This document shows, in pieces, positions 63,501-64,000 of a stretch of 64,000 nucleotides of DNA; within the stretch, counting starts at the first letter, position 1, and each line of letters starts with the position of its first letter. A model generated the notes under the pieces. It was not told the DNA's origin and ran no database searches. It saw nothing but the letters and a program-made list of their open reading frames with translations. The DNA lies in IMG/VR virus record IMGVR_UViG_3300025141_000016, positions 1-64,000 of that record; one strand, given 5' to 3'. Made by a program: the position numbers and the translations under genes.

Positions 63501-64000
63501 GGTCATGTCTCGTGACCTGTGGACCGATACCGTTTCGGTGGGGTCCGTTGACCTGCCGTACCCCTACAACAACCCGTCCGACCAGATCGCGGTAAACGCA
63601 GACCTGACGACGGGGGGCTCTCCCGCCTTTCCGGGGGAATGGGCCTTGATGAGTCTCGCCAAGATCAGCGTCGGTGACTTCGACGCGGAGACAGGGCTTC
63701 TCAACCTTCACCAGATGGTTCCCGTTGACCCCAACACTGATTTGGCCTTCTCCAACTTGGACTGGGATACGGATTTCCGAGCCCACTACAAGTCTGGGGA
63801 TCCCACCGCTTACCGACCGACTGCTATGGCACAGCCCTTGTCAGGGGTGGCTACCCACAAGGTTTGGTTCCCCTTCCTCGCGCAAGCCACCGTGGACACG
63901 GTGTACTTCCGCAAGGGAGAGGTTCTTCTCGTGGTAGTCAGTCGATACGCCCTATTAGATGGAGACAACGTGGTTCGGTTTACCAGCACCGACAACGAGA
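60535..64000 (+). CDS. Large baseplate/tail structural protein, 3' partial (absent from the track, no stop in the window)
   Basis: RBS GGAGAG. MAIRDKYF..AVYQSGKPVLDAELNL is a DUF4815/DUF6519-like start. The frame appears open to the window end. Confidence 0.8.
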   Translation, partial: MAIRDKYFTGSTVSRYLSPGEHSWDEAVYQSGKPVLDAELNLSQEINRELRRLVQDRETPSGFLRGPVPFAEEGDFDFPAPVDADFVTNAFYMSKRTALVANMPITVEYTGTTTKGLNLIQLDSAPVNGGAPPDVKRTDFVFLEVFQALVSHSPHASGTILVIQNTVTGTINIGGVNLTDAAGPRTSGANDYNGTGPNAAAIAADIRDAINDVANGFAATVTAEIDVTTAEQVNLRATDAFAGAAGNAVVFSTAAPADFTLNPLGGFLTGGVDTPNKPSQSTIYRNGNVDAPAGVNLLGAIADPTIGTESTKRVQIQYRVRATGQAEAVNFKTENGFSNPELEAQGTQAIPVNRYRFIPADGTTVLAYVEISGAMTAGDTITVNGTVLTAVNGAPAAGEFDISSGVPATMATNLTATITASVATVAASSASGIVTIVPAVAGTNVTLSHVTVANVDTAVNSAVSYDTVDNGLFIAGDGTAQAAAALGTVTGYVYAIPICFIFRRNDATTTGGFAPVNNTNGALAATHALYTNTNGIGSIPVDTSDRPDRNFHDAIVRGDLLDLRRHVSPGGVDLKAELESQMTALLDGTTRTWAIDTQGVTELGGGSGDVSSVYLVCNEIGDTDTVRGETIGTWDHIRRRFGDQSVVERRIFPIIPTAASAANPGLFMNPSAAGWAQGSVINIDLDNLDATGLGNWVPTGAPDFVTNLWPVGTKITNVLAVTHDDGNYGAPISQDVEIDLIQGMGTPHIQITLAENILQANGGVSGAANYDLCPLAVGTSARRIYVELEITYPVGSGSSATPDEVISADPTVTIYHGAGLENDTSKRPTDWEDLMDPQFRTGKRELGMEYVANDGLTVPASGDPISDSVVSQTALLLELPRRLNGNKSALTTVTEVGNPGPAINHLVDVTSTYWGSSSRLLQVQAGLTAAQSLCNIEYFAQDPVPNFSSPGPRYQVSVYYRSNAPQTVGVQAGAPASIPLPDPLTLRPLVMSRDLWTDTVSVGSVDLPYPYNNPSDQIAVNADLTTGGSPAFPGEWALMSLAKISVGDFDAETGLLNLHQMVPVDPNTDLAFSNLDWDTDFRAHYKSGDPTAYRPTAMAQPLSGVATHKVWFPFLAQATVDTVYFRKGEVLLVVVSRYALLDGDNVVRFTSTDNE

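Noticed and set aside
1-64000. Alternative genetic code (stop-codon recoding)
   Set aside because: Genes are long and intact under the standard code, and TAG, TGA and TAA all end genes at coupled junctions.

Overview
This window is a 64-kb, high-GC segment of a large tailed bacteriophage (Caudoviricetes, probably jumbo-sized) covering the virion morphogenesis region. The head module (1-34 kb, + strand) contains terminase large subunit, portal, an assemblin/HK97-type prohead protease, an acidic repetitive scaffold, two paralogous decoration-like proteins and an HK97-type major capsid protein. Two minus-strand accessory islands (34.0-38.7 kb and 59.0-60.2 kb) flank a long fibre/baseplate module (38.8-64 kb). 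The main unusual feature is a set of head-cluster ORFs built as strings of unrelated modules: tRNA nucleotidyltransferase, HAD phosphatase, topoisomerase IB, GNAT, two zincins, ART-like, RelE-like, papain-like and SWIM. These modules are joined by two recurring peptide signatures, [RKQ]-[VI]-A-x-R-[YF] and [KR]-x-A-[SADG], which I did not see used as linkers in the tail or accessory genes. This suggests capsid-targeted, protease-processed polyprotein cargo (inference). Two promoter classes are also visible: CGGT(A/G)G-N5-CTAT (10 full copies, all at gene boundaries upstream of + strand genes) and TTCAA(C/A)-N17-TAT(A/G)G (3 copies upstream of minus-strand accessory genes). I found no tRNA, rRNA, CRISPR array, integrase or transposase. 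All family assignments come from motif recognition by eye; no database search was run.
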